NCBI GenBank assembly: GCA_002811645.1
Contig: PDIP01000030.1
Location: 214,383 to 278,382 of the forward strand
Source of the DNA: Corallochytrium limacisporum Hawaii
Taxonomy: Eukaryota; Protista; Pluriformea
Length of the DNA stretch: 64,000 bases
Reading direction: 5' to 3'
Under the pieces are notes generated by a model. That model was not told where the DNA came from. It made no database searches and worked only from the letters and a program-made list of their open reading frames with translations. Shown here piece after piece: positions 9,854-22,111 of this stretch. Numbering within the stretch: position 1 is the stretch's first letter; each line of letters starts with the position of its first letter. The translations under genes and the position numbers were made by a program.

Positions 9854-10672
9854 ATGAACGACGAAGAACAGCTTAACATTCTGAAGACTAACCTTGCAGA
9901 CCGTAACACGGATGTAATGCACTCTCGCAAGAAGAAAGCTCGTCTTGCTATCGATCCCATGATGTTTAGTGGTGAGAAATCCGCGATCCTGGACGGGTAC
10001 TCCGACTTTCGTGCTTTCATGCGTGAGCAGGTTCCGGACTACATTGGCGAGCTGGTTGAAGCCATGGGCTTTGATACTCCCGAGATTCTGGCGGCAACAT
10101 TTGACACCACCCGTGGCTCGAAGAACACCGTTGATGATATCGAACGCTATGTCACTGAGACCTACACAGATCAGAAGGTCGGCACATGGGACCCCGCCAG
10201 TGGACGTCGTTTTCTCTTCCCTCCTGGTCATCGTGCCAAGCTGTTACTAATGGTTGAGCGTGTCCGCGAGATGGTGAAGCAGAATCAAGCCAATGCTCGC
10301 AACCGTCGTGGCCATGCTAAGCCAATTATTGGATTCGGTCAGAAGAATCTGAATGACAGTGACCTGAAAAAGCTCGAGAAGTTGGTAGCCGAGCAGATTG
10401 AGAAGTGGGCTCTGAAGCGCCACGAGTACGGTGACTTGAAGAAGGACGAAGACTACAAAATCGAAGCCGTCCGCGATATTCGTAATCCCACCACTGCTAC
10501 TCTTTCTGTGACCTGCATGACGTGCCAGAAGCGTAACATGCTGGCCAACTCCAACGGTCGCTTCGTGGTGTCCAACTGGACCCGTCATGTCATGAAGGAG
10601 TGCCCGAAGACGAAAAACCGTGAGCTGCGGCCAGCTTCTTCGATGGCTCCTCCTGTTGCTGCCAAACCTTAA
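9854..10672 (+). CDS. Uncharacterised protein with a SAM-like helical domain and a C-terminal C2HC zinc finger
   Basis: Coding-like codon usage; GFDTPEIL...FPPGHRAKLL; CMTC...SNWTRHVMKEC; basic RKKKAR segment. First ATG at 9854. Confidence 0.75.
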   Translation: MNDEEQLNILKTNLADRNTDVMHSRKKKARLAIDPMMFSGEKSAILDGYSDFRAFMREQVPDYIGELVEAMGFDTPEILAATFDTTRGSKNTVDDIERYVTETYTDQKVGTWDPASGRRFLFPPGHRAKLLLMVERVREMVKQNQANARNRRGHAKPIIGFGQKNLNDSDLKKLEKLVAEQIEKWALKRHEYGDLKKDEDYKIEAVRDIRNPTTATLSVTCMTCQKRNMLANSNGRFVVSNWTRHVMKECPKTKNRELRPASSMAPPVAAKP

Positions 10673-10819
10673 ACGTACAAACATCCTTTCCATTTTGAAT
10701 CCAATACTACGCATAGTTCTAATCCATGATAACTTGCAGTCTAAGAAATTATGTTTATGCCATGTACGAATGAATTAAATGGTTACGAACAAACCAATGC
10801 GAATAGTTCGGCTCAATCT

Positions 10820-11998
<1,179 letters not shown>

Positions 11999-12679
11999 TC
12001 AGGATCCGAGTCTTCAGGGAAATACCTGCACACGTTTCCAAGAACAGAGACACTAAAGAACAGTTGTTTCACCAAGTTGGCGGCACAAGCAATCCCTGAA
12101 ATGGTTGGCCCAGAAAAGGAATACTCACAGCACAATTCGTTTCCGACAAGGCATCACCAGCCTGCCTGTACGCACCTTTGGTGGACCAACATAAAACACA
12201 CGTGAGGTGGTGGGGCCGGAGGCACCTCCGCTTGCGTGGTTTGGTAGAGGTTCGCCCTTCCGCAGGGGACGTGGAGATTTGACCGTCGGTGCCACTCGAC
12301 GTGCAGAGGGGGGAGGGGGGGGGGGAGGAGGTCGTAGGCTGGAGCGGCGGTAGCACGATCGCCCATCTCTCGGGGAGAGTGGCCGGGCAGGAGGAAGGGA
12401 AAAACCGGATGTCAGTTGGGCACTGGCTTTTTTCCCCCTGCCCTGCGCACATAGCCCGGCGAGGACGAGAGCAAAAGGGGCCAGCGGGCCTTGGTGTATT
12501 CTTAAGAAAATTGTTGTTGTTGGTGTCCGATGAAAGGGTAGATAAAGGTGATGAACAGGCCCGATAATAATAGAGTACAGAATGATCGTAGAGTCGATGA
12601 CGTGTGTAAAGAGTGCGAAAATACACCATGCGAAGAGTTATGCGATAAGTATAGAGTATAGTTTAATTGGCTCGAGTCA

Positions 12680-13438
12680 ATGGTGCAAACGAACAATATG
12701 ATTATCAGACTGCTGCTGGCAGCAGTCGCAATGGCGGCACAGATCAGTGGTAAGGGTAAAGAATTTGTTGATGAGACATATGAGGAAGAAAAGGGAGTAA
12801 CTTTTCCTTTATCACGGAGTGGAATACACACTGAACTTAATTTTGAACTTCCAGATCGGGAAGCGATTTGCTTTGAGGAGTACGTCAAAGAAGATGAAAC
12901 CCTGCATTTGGAGTATCAGGTGTTTCTAGGAGGCAACTTAGACGTGGACGTGCAGCTGACCTCTCCCGGAGGAAAGGTTATGTATCAAGCAAGAAAGCAG
13001 AAGTTTGCAGAGAAAGAGGTCACGGCTCCTGAAACTGGGTTCTATAGCATATGTTTCTCCAACGAAATGTCCTCTGTGACTCATAAGCGAATTTATATTA
13101 ATGTTGGAGCTGGTGACTACATGAGACGGCTTCCGGAAGAAGCAGGGAAGAACACAGTCCTGGATAAACTTGGATCGATGGCAGAGTCCATACGATCCCA
13201 TATCAACAGCATCATTGATGACCAGACCCATCACCGCTTGGGTGAGGCTAAAGGATTTGAAAGGGCGAAGTATCTGAACAGTGCAATTTCATGGTGGTCT
13301 GGTTTACAAGCCATTGTCATGCTTCTTATATCGTTTACACAGGTATACTTCATTCGCGGGATGTTCGTTCTCTCCTCGGAAGCCGAGATGCGCAAGGGCA
13401 AGCATCGCTACCACGGCCTCGGCAAGGTTGACATCTGA
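12680..13438 (+). CDS. p24/TMED (emp24/gp25L) GOLD-domain cargo receptor, gamma-like
   Basis: Signal peptide, FELPD..ICF.E, EYQV..GGNLDVD, YSICFSNE.S..THK, coiled coil, and TM WWS...QVYFIR. Confidence 0.92.
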   Translation: MVQTNNMIIRLLLAAVAMAAQISGKGKEFVDETYEEEKGVTFPLSRSGIHTELNFELPDREAICFEEYVKEDETLHLEYQVFLGGNLDVDVQLTSPGGKVMYQARKQKFAEKEVTAPETGFYSICFSNEMSSVTHKRIYINVGAGDYMRRLPEEAGKNTVLDKLGSMAESIRSHINSIIDDQTHHRLGEAKGFERAKYLNSAISWWSGLQAIVMLLISFTQVYFIRGMFVLSSEAEMRKGKHRYHGLGKVDI

Positions 13439-14150
13439 ATCGCCCTCACATTTTTCGCATTAAATCTTGTCTGTAGTGCCTAGCAGAGTCATTTTAATCT
13501 CAGCGGTGACAGATGTGTAGGACACCACGTCCTAAGGAACCTGTATATCGCTCTAAACACTTTTTGGGCAAGTCTTCGGGGGCTTGTTTTCGCCTCGGTT
13601 TGATTTTCCCCCGCGCAAATCGAACCCCCGCTCCCCCCGGGGGGGGGGGGCAGAAAGTCAGGTCCCGTCAGTACTCAACACGGTCCACTGGCCCTGGCGC
13701 GGGGGTCGGAGGGATACATATTTCAGTGTGATTTAGGGTAGTATGGAAAGAAGTACAGTTCCAACCTGGCCAGCGGACGGGAGGTATCGCTCTGGATTCG
13801 AGCGGGAAAAAAGGACGAGCTGAAACGTCGCTGGTTGCGAGGGCCGCACTCGGAACAAGGCGCCACAGTGAGACCCCGTGGAGGAGGAAACTGAGTGTGA
13901 CGTGTTGGTGTGCGGATGTTTAGCAACGTGGATGCTTGCCTTCGTTGTGAATATGGAGCTATTTAGTACATACCAGAGCTAAGTTTTCACCGGCCAAACA
14001 CGATAATGTATACACCTCTTGTCCATAACCTGGACTGTGGGCATTTCCACTAGAGTTTCAAATCAGGGAGCCGAACATGGTATAGTTGAGTGGAGTGTCA
14101 ACACATAGGACACAAAATCCCACACTCCCGATCTATTCTATATAGATAAT

Positions 14151-16112
14151 ATGGACGACGATTGGGTTGACTTAGATGACCGTCTCATTCGAGACCGGTA
14201 CAATGAGGGTTTGGATAGCGACCTGGATGACGATTTCGAAGCAATGGAGCTCCCCCACGTCCGCGACGAGAATGGAACGGAGGACAAACTTACAGCACTT
14301 TTGCATGAATTGGAAATGGAGGCGAAAGCTGCCGGGACAAATGAATACAACAATAAGCGAAAGGACTTCAAAGAGTTACCAGAAGAGGGCGTCGATCTGA
14401 ACAGAGGCAAACGAGAATACGAACACATTGGAGCGACGGTACATAAGAGTGACGCAAAGCTGGCTGGGCTTGCAGGGACAGCTCTTAAGGAAGAGTCCAC
14501 AGAGGCTGATGTCACTGCCTCCGCGACAGACCAAGAGAAGGGTGCGCATGGCGATTCTTTGGAAGAGCTGGCAGAGGAAATTAAGGAAATTCGAGAGATC
14601 AGGAAGATGACCGGGAACCGCCCTCCAGAGGCTTGGGGCGGCTCGCTAAAAGAATACATTTCCAAGCAAGTTAGCGAGAACATGTCGAGCATCATCGGAA
14701 CCACAGCCGAGGAACGTCGGGGAAATGTATCGAAAAACTCTGAGGCCAGCAAACTGTTGATTGACGCAATTCAGAGCATTGGAAGTAGTACTTTGGCGTC
14801 TGCCATTGTGGATTATGTAGTGGCGAAGGAGACCGCAAGAGCCACAAATGATATTGATACCGCATACATTCAGAATCAATTGTCAGGAAGTCCTGCACAG
14901 GCGGCCCTGGCAATGAGGAAAGCAAAGAAATCGCATGGTAAGATGGGAACGCGGAAGCCGAAGAAACATTTGAAGGGCAAGGCAAAAGCGCCCATGCGAC
15001 AGATGGGCACAGAGTATGAATCCCAATACCCTGTTCAAGACCACAAGGACAGTCAAAGAGTAAGGGATGAGGATCAGATAATCGTGGGCGAGGCACCAAA
15101 CTATGATGAAGACGAATACGTAGTCAAAGAGATCTACCGCAAAGCCAAGCCACAGCCATCATCATCGCCTTCCCGTTCCCAACGTGCTCAGGCGCAGACG
15201 CTTCGCGAAGAGGATGTCCCCGCACCACGTCCACTGACAAAGATTTCATCACGTACGGAGCGTGGTGCATCTATGCTCGATCTCCTGGACTCATACAATT
15301 TGGAGGGGCTAGAGAAGAACTTCACTTCTGGTGGGCAGGCTGCTTTTGAAGATGTCGAGTTGGAAGGAGTTTTCGAGTCGGCTCAGTTGGGCGGCGAGCT
15401 CGATCTTGGAGTGGATACACAGCCCGAGTTCAATGATTCCAGACACCAATTCGCCATAGATACTGTGGAGCACGTCCATGTCGTCTCCCCTGGGGCGGCG
15501 AGAACAGAAGCACATGTCTCGTATGTTCCAAAGTCAAGCTTTGGTCAAGATGATAGAACGGCCCGAGGCAAATCAACAAGCCCGGTGCCAAGCTCCGGGC
15601 AATTCTCTGAGGGTGGACGCAAAGTGGGACTCAAGACCGGTGATGTCTTTATTCGAGTACGGGATGTCGGAGTGCAGTGCGTGGCGAGAGTCAGGAACGT
15701 GGCATTACAAGTTGGACCGGACAATGTACGGGGCAATGTCAAGTTTACGCCTGGTGGAGCTGTCCGTGAACAGGGTACCCAACCGTCTGTGAGCGACTTG
15801 CGTTTCTTCAATCGGAACCCTGAACAGGCTGCCAAGCTCTACGGAGCGCAGCACGCAGACTTTCCCCAACGCCAGAACCCACGGCCGGTCCGTGCGGCCC
15901 ATGGAGGATTGGCTTACACACTCATTATGGATCCCCCGCGCACGCAGAACGTTCCGAAGGGTGCCGCCAAAGAGCGCATCTTGAAGCCCACTAAGTTGTC
16001 CGAGGAGAACGGAAGGAGTATGAAAACTGGCACTGGGCCTGATCGCCACATGCAAGAAGCAACAGCCCGACGAGAGGAGAAGAAGGCTGCAGAAATGAGA
16101 CTCAACATCTGA
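14151..16112 (+). CDS. Hypothetical acidic, largely disordered protein
   Basis: 653 aa ORF with aatATG context, charged low-complexity composition and no recognised globular domain. Confidence 0.75.
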   Translation: MDDDWVDLDDRLIRDRYNEGLDSDLDDDFEAMELPHVRDENGTEDKLTALLHELEMEAKAAGTNEYNNKRKDFKELPEEGVDLNRGKREYEHIGATVHKSDAKLAGLAGTALKEESTEADVTASATDQEKGAHGDSLEELAEEIKEIREIRKMTGNRPPEAWGGSLKEYISKQVSENMSSIIGTTAEERRGNVSKNSEASKLLIDAIQSIGSSTLASAIVDYVVAKETARATNDIDTAYIQNQLSGSPAQAALAMRKAKKSHGKMGTRKPKKHLKGKAKAPMRQMGTEYESQYPVQDHKDSQRVRDEDQIIVGEAPNYDEDEYVVKEIYRKAKPQPSSSPSRSQRAQAQTLREEDVPAPRPLTKISSRTERGASMLDLLDSYNLEGLEKNFTSGGQAAFEDVELEGVFESAQLGGELDLGVDTQPEFNDSRHQFAIDTVEHVHVVSPGAARTEAHVSYVPKSSFGQDDRTARGKSTSPVPSSGQFSEGGRKVGLKTGDVFIRVRDVGVQCVARVRNVALQVGPDNVRGNVKFTPGGAVREQGTQPSVSDLRFFNRNPEQAAKLYGAQHADFPQRQNPRPVRAAHGGLAYTLIMDPPRTQNVPKGAAKERILKPTKLSEENGRSMKTGTGPDRHMQEATARREEKKAAEMRLNI

Positions 16113-17313
16113 TCAACCTGCTAATATTAAAAAGGAAATCCGTGGTAGGCAACATCCGAACCTCCCAACTGACCTAATGTTTGGATCAATCATCGCTTTC
16201 GTAACGTACGACATACATAATATACACGCATACCTGAGGTTGTGTGGAAACTGGTCCAGCTAGTTCACTGCGAACCAAACCGGGACACCACGAGTGCCCC
16301 GGGCCACTCTCTACAGACACGCTCTGACCCCACATCACAGCTCGCTCAGAGATGGCAGGAGATTTTTACCTCGACCCCGCTCCCGCCCCTCGGTACTTCC
16401 AATACTGTATCTGTCGCCCATCGTCCCGCTCCCGCAGGGTTTGTATGATAGGGCTACACAATGATTCGTACCGCGCGGAATTTTTTTTTTTACGCTTCTC
16501 CCTCCCTCGCTCTTTAATGGCACAAGACCCCATTGTTCAACTTTTTTATGAGTAGTCTCCGTACCGAACGTACCCATCTCTGAGTTGGCAGTTCCGCATG
16601 GGGGTGTCATTTCATCTCATTCGAAGTCTGCAAATGCTTCCACTCGTTCTTGGATGTGTAGTGAAGCATGAGCACGCCTCCTTGGGCATCCGACCCGATC
16701 AGTTACGTTCTCTCGATACAATACGAATACTAAAGGGTTTTTATAATCTTTCGTACCATGCCATTCTGCGCAAACTTACGTCGTTTATCCCATTCCCGCC
16801 GTTTCTCATATTAGGCAGGTTCAGTTTGGTCTCAGCCATTGACTGATGAGTAACATCACCGTAGGCTGATTTGGTCCCCACACGGTGACCAGCGGTCCCC
16901 AGGATACCATTCCAGACGGGAAAAATGTCAAACTGGCAATGGGCACCCAAGCTCTGGTACATTTCTACCGTACCGGGGCGGTACGGCTGGAAGAGAACAA
17001 GGAGGGGGGGTGGTGGGCAGGGGAATGGGGAGCGTCCGGCACGGGGGGGGTGTCAGCTGACGGACATTTTTTCGAGTGAGATCCGTCCGAACTAAATCCC
17101 GCTCGTAAGCCGTTTCCGGCGGTGGGAGGGCTCGGGGTTCCAAAGGTAGGGTCGACCACTGTGTCTTTATTCGGTAAGGCAGATAAAGCCTCCCGTACTA
17201 AAGGGCCCGCATTGACGACCAATATTGGAAACACACGTATGCCAACCGTCGGAACAGAAAAGTTTGTGAGTTTTGAAATAAAAAATGCATATTTACTGAA
17301 AAATTGGAGGAAG

Positions 17314-17337
17314 GGTTGGTTGGTTGGTTGGTTGGTT
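17314..17337. repeat. (GGTT)6 microsatellite
   Basis: Six perfect units read directly. Confidence 0.9.
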
Positions 17338-18112
17338 CTTTCGTTCGTCCGCGTCTGTTTTCTTCACTAACGTAATCCTTCGGATTGTTCCGTCCCGTCA
17401 AGGAGAATCTTTGGCCGGCGAGTTTCGAATTCTTTGTCGGCCTTAAACACTGGCGCCCGCTCTGTCCGAACCGGGAGCGGGTAGAGGTGGAAAAATCGAT
17501 GTGTCGCGTCGCGATGGTACTTTCAGTACTGAGACTCTGGTCGGATTGTCTTAGGGCTTGCTAGGACCGCACCAGATATTAAGGTCTGCTTTAGGGCAGC
17601 TGGTGAGTTTGGGAAGGGCGAAGGAGGAGGAGGGGGGGGGGGAGGAAGGGGAAAAGCTCTCTGCGTGTCTGTGTCGTGCGGGTTCGGAGGCGGTTCAGGA
17701 GATTGGGGGGAGGGATGACTGTGTGTCCATTGGCCCGGTAGGGAGACTGTACGCCAAAGATCTTCGCAGTCAATCTGTGAAGAGGAGGGAGGAGGGCGGG
17801 GGAGGGACGATGAAGGAAGGAGGACGAAGGAACGCGAAGCGTGACCGGCATAAGGTGCCAGACGCACCGGTTCATAGGGAGGAGGAGTCTGTTCCAAACC
17901 GGGCAAGCGGTTGCCATCAGGTGATGATATAGTTTGTGCAGTTCGGTACGATTATGAATTCGCGTGGGTTCGTCATAGTCCGTACAGTTATGTCATTCAC
18001 TATACGTGGCATGCATCTCTAACCGTATTTAAAATGTCACTGTTCAACGATCGAGAATTATGTTCAACTTCCTTTATCCAATTCTTATAATTTCTATTCT
18101 TACATTTTCGCA

Positions 18113-20899
18113 ATGAGTGCGAAAGATTCTATCGATGATAGTCAGGATCCATACATTCGGGACTCCACTACGGGGACGGAAGATCCTGCCAACAGTGAGC
18201 CGTCGGGCAGCGAAGATGGCAATGGTGAACCTGGGTGGCTGCGTCGGCTGTCTTTGACGGTCGACTCCGTCCTCAGCCGATTCTTCTTCAGGTTGGGGTT
18301 GGCGGTAGCAAAACGCCCGTATACTACAATGGGGATGGTATTCTTCTTTGCGCTACTGTGTTCTCTCGGCATCCTCATGCTGGATGTGGAGTCCCGGGGT
18401 AGTCGACTATGGGTACCGCAAGACTCGCTTGCCCTCGAACAGCAAGACTACGTGCTTGAATACTTCCCCAATGGCCAGCGGGAGACCATTCTGCTATACA
18501 CAGCACCAGATCAAACTAGCGATGTTCTTAATGCAGACATCCTGTCTGCTATGCTGCGTGTACACAACGATATTCTGGCCATCCAGAGTACAGTGGATGA
18601 TACGACCTTCACATATCAGGATATCTGTGTCGAAATCAACGGAGTGTGCCAAATTCAGAACATTCTGTACCTCTGGAACTACGACGCTGCAGTCATTGCT
18701 GGCCTGTCCAATGCTGATATTTTGAGTGCAATTAATGCACAGCCGGCCTTTGTGGACTCCCTAGGCAATGTCATTCCGATTGATTTCCTACTCGGTGGCA
18801 TCGAAACCAACGCCAATGGAGACGTTACTGGAGCCAAAGCATTGCGCACGCAATATCTGGAGAATGCAGAGCCTCCGGAGGTTGTGGACGCTCCTGAGCG
18901 GGACAAAGCTGAACAGTGGGAAGACGATGTCGTCCAGTTGACCGTAGAAGCTAATCCACAACCAGAGGCTGGGATCATCTTCATTGCGCTTTCGTCTGAG
19001 AAATCTGAAGATGATGCTGCCTCAGAAGCCATCAATGCCGACATTGCCCTTCTGTCCGTTGGTTACATCCTGATTCTTTTCTATGTGACCATCAATCTCG
19101 GACGATGGAACTTGCGAGACTTCAAACTTGGTCTGTCCTTTGGGGGCATTGTCGCGTTTGGTATGGCCATCGCCGGGTCTTTCGGCTTGAGCTCCCTATT
19201 CGGACAGCTGTACGGGCCCGTGCACTCCACTCTGCCGTTCCTGATTCTCGGCATTGGTGTGGATGACATGTTTGTTGTCTATAACTCCTTCCGCGAGATT
19301 AGCAAGACCCGTGGTTCCGTTGAAGAACGCGCTGGTTTGGCACTCAGTTACGCAGGTGTTAGCATCGCCCTGACATCAATGACAGACTTCTTTGCCTTCC
19401 TGATTGGGGCCACCACTGCGCTTCCTGCACTGTCCTCTTTCTCCATCTATGCGGCAATCGGAATCTTTCTGGTGTTTGTGTTCCAATGCACATGGTTTGT
19501 GGCATGCATAGTTATCGATGAGCGCCGCGTGCTAGCCAATAAGAATGCAGTGATCTGTTGCATGACCCTAAAGAAGGAGCGTGATCATCTGGAGCCCCAT
19601 GAGCAGCGTGGCTACATAGCCAAGTTCTTCGAGAGGTACTACGCGCCGGCCTTAGTAAAAGGTTGGGCACCGTGCACTTTTGCCATTCTATTGTGGATGG
19701 GCGTGGCTGGCGTTGCCATCTACGGTGCAACTCAGATTCCGACTGAATTCGACTACCGTCTCTTCATGCCCGGTGATCATTATATTCAGGACTACTATAA
19801 AGTCCAGGATGAGTACTTCAACACCCTCGGCATGCCCTTCTATACCTACACAACGACAGAATTTGACCACTGTGCTCGTCAAACGGACCTTCAGGAGTTG
19901 GTTCCCGCCCTGGAAAACAGCCAGTGGACTGCTGATGGATCCGTGGTTTCCTGGTACGATGAGTTTACCCAGTGGGCGCAGACGAACTCCCCAGCAGACG
20001 TTGACGCCAATGGACAGATTCCTGACTGCGACCAGTTCGCCACCCTAATCTCTCAGTACGTGCAGGGTGACGGTGATCGATTTGAGGAAGACGTAATTCT
20101 GAATCCGGATGGGTCCGTGCTGACCGCCCGCATCTTTGCTCAGCACGTTCTGACAACCGGCTCTTCCGAGCAGCTGCCCATGATGGAGGACACAAGGGAG
20201 GTCGTGGAGTCCGTGGTGCCTGACAACAATGAGGCTTTCCCATTCGCATTTGCGTACATTTTCTTTGAGAGCTTTGCTACTATTGAAGCGGAGCTATTCC
20301 GCAACCTTGGTCTTGCCATGGCAATGGTGTTCCTCATCGTCCTGATCCTCACAGCCAATCTGGTCATTTCCATCCTCATCTTGATTGCTGTCACGACCAC
20401 CATCACAGGCGTGCTGGGCTTTGGCTACTTCTGGGACATGCAGATCGACACAGTCTTGGTGATCAACCTGGTCATCGCCATCGGTCTTTCTGTTGACTAC
20501 TCAGCCCACATTGGGCATACTTTCCTGAAGACGACCGGCACCCGGGCAGAACGAGCTACCGAAACCATCATCACCATGGGTCCCAGTGTGCTAAATGGTG
20601 GCATCTCCACGTTCCTGGCTTTTGCCCTACTCGCCAATTCAACATCATACATCTTCGAGGTCTTCTTCAAATCCTTCTTCCTGACCGTCGTACTCGGTCT
20701 CTTCCAGGGCTTAGTAGTTCTCCCAGCGGTTCTGTCCCTGATTGGACCTGCTTCCTATGGGGACAACATGACTCTAGAGCAACTTGAGGACATGGAGCCG
20801 AAACAACGGGCTTCTGTGCAGAAGAGGAAGAAGAAGTCTACCGAAGAAAGTGACCCGCCTCGCGAGAGCATGGCTTCTGGTGCCGTTGCTGTTGTGTAA
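18113..20899 (+). CDS. Patched-related/NPC1-like RND-family protein with sterol-sensing domain
   Basis: About 12 TM segments in a 1+5+1+5 arrangement with two luminal loops; PFLILGIGVDDMF and GLSVDYSAHI. No NPC1 N-terminal domain. Confidence 0.92.
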   Translation: MSAKDSIDDSQDPYIRDSTTGTEDPANSEPSGSEDGNGEPGWLRRLSLTVDSVLSRFFFRLGLAVAKRPYTTMGMVFFFALLCSLGILMLDVESRGSRLWVPQDSLALEQQDYVLEYFPNGQRETILLYTAPDQTSDVLNADILSAMLRVHNDILAIQSTVDDTTFTYQDICVEINGVCQIQNILYLWNYDAAVIAGLSNADILSAINAQPAFVDSLGNVIPIDFLLGGIETNANGDVTGAKALRTQYLENAEPPEVVDAPERDKAEQWEDDVVQLTVEANPQPEAGIIFIALSSEKSEDDAASEAINADIALLSVGYILILFYVTINLGRWNLRDFKLGLSFGGIVAFGMAIAGSFGLSSLFGQLYGPVHSTLPFLILGIGVDDMFVVYNSFREISKTRGSVEERAGLALSYAGVSIALTSMTDFFAFLIGATTALPALSSFSIYAAIGIFLVFVFQCTWFVACIVIDERRVLANKNAVICCMTLKKERDHLEPHEQRGYIAKFFERYYAPALVKGWAPCTFAILLWMGVAGVAIYGATQIPTEFDYRLFMPGDHYIQDYYKVQDEYFNTLGMPFYTYTTTEFDHCARQTDLQELVPALENSQWTADGSVVSWYDEFTQWAQTNSPADVDANGQIPDCDQFATLISQYVQGDGDRFEEDVILNPDGSVLTARIFAQHVLTTGSSEQLPMMEDTREVVESVVPDNNEAFPFAFAYIFFESFATIEAELFRNLGLAMAMVFLIVLILTANLVISILILIAVTTTITGVLGFGYFWDMQIDTVLVINLVIAIGLSVDYSAHIGHTFLKTTGTRAERATETIITMGPSVLNGGISTFLAFALLANSTSYIFEVFFKSFFLTVVLGLFQGLVVLPAVLSLIGPASYGDNMTLEQLEDMEPKQRASVQKRKKKSTEESDPPRESMASGAVAVV

Positions 20900-20976
20900 G
20901 CCGTGCATCATTCCCCATCACATTGCTCTAGTGTATAACCCAATTCAAACATTCGCAAACATTCATGGTTTCCCTT

Positions 20977-21020
20977 CCATGCATCCATCCATGCATCCAT
21001 CCATGCATCCATCCATCCAT
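20977..21020. repeat. (CCATGCATCCAT)3 plus CCATCCAT tandem repeat
   Basis: Read directly, 78 bp downstream of the Patched-like stop; a related CCAT run lies at about 21629-21656. Confidence 0.9.
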
Positions 21021-21879
21021 TGTATCATTATCAATATACCGCCACTGGCGCATACTTTCTCAGTCACCAATTTCGACAAACATTGGTCTGCCGAGGTCGA
21101 CATTCACACCAAGGGCACTCTGCTGTACTCTTGTTCCCCCAAAAACTTTGTTCGGCTGCTCTCCCTCCCTCGGAACAGGGACCAGCACCAGCCTCGTGTG
21201 TAGCGACTCCTCTCTGCAAGCGGCACACCCGCCGTCTCCCAAACGCCCCCCAAAGTTTCTCACGCGAAAGCGAGGAGAGGGGGGGGGGGGCATCGGAAGC
21301 GAACTGAGAACCCCAATGCCCCAATTGCCTGCCTGCTCATCGCCAGTGCCCATTGCCTCCTGCCCGGTGACCTGCTTGTGGACCGCAGTGAAGGTCAAAG
21401 GTGTCGGGACGCATCGTCTAACTGCCTGGGCCATATCTGGCCGAGACCGGCACAGGTTCAGGAAGAGGACACCGGACCACGGAAGATGCGCGATCGCAAC
21501 ACAATGGTGGTTAATTTTCCGGGCCAAAACCTTCTCGTTCTTGGAATTGTTATGCACGGTTTGGCTCTCTCCTTCACCCCGTGGATCCACTTACCCCCGA
21601 CGCGTGGGGGGGTGGAGTGAGAAGCCCACCCATCCATCCATCCATCCATTCATCCACCCGGTGCGTGTATCAACCCCCTTTGAAAGATTCCGCTCTAAAT
21701 ATGGGTCTCCTCTCAGTCGTATGTGTTTTTTTGGAGAACCGGCCTCCAACGAGCGGGATGACTGTATGAAAACCCCCCCCCCCCGGGGGGCACAAATTGG
21801 GCTTTCTACCACGCACAACGCCCAAAACACTTGGCCAACCCCAACAAAAAACAAATTGGGAGAAAATAATTGGGGGGGG

Positions 21880-22111
21880 NNNNNNNNNNNNNNNNNNNNN
21901 NNNNNNNNNNNNNNNNNNNNNNNNNNNNNNNNNNNNNNNNNNNNNNNNNNNNNNNNNNNNNNNNNNNNNNNNNNNNNNNNNNNNNNNNNNNNNNNNNNNN
22001 NNNNNNNNNNNNNNNNNNNNNNNNNNNNNNNNNNNNNNNNNNNNNNNNNNNNNNNNNNNNNNNNNNNNNNNNNNNNNNNNNNNNNNNNNNNNNNNNNNNN
22101 NNNNNNNNNNN
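21880..22111. other. Assembly gap (232 N)
   Basis: N run preceded by a poly-G tract. Confidence 1.

Noticed and set aside
20977-21020. Short repeats as a CRISPR array or telomere
   Set aside because: No spacers or cas genes; simple tandem repeat in a eukaryotic 3' flank.
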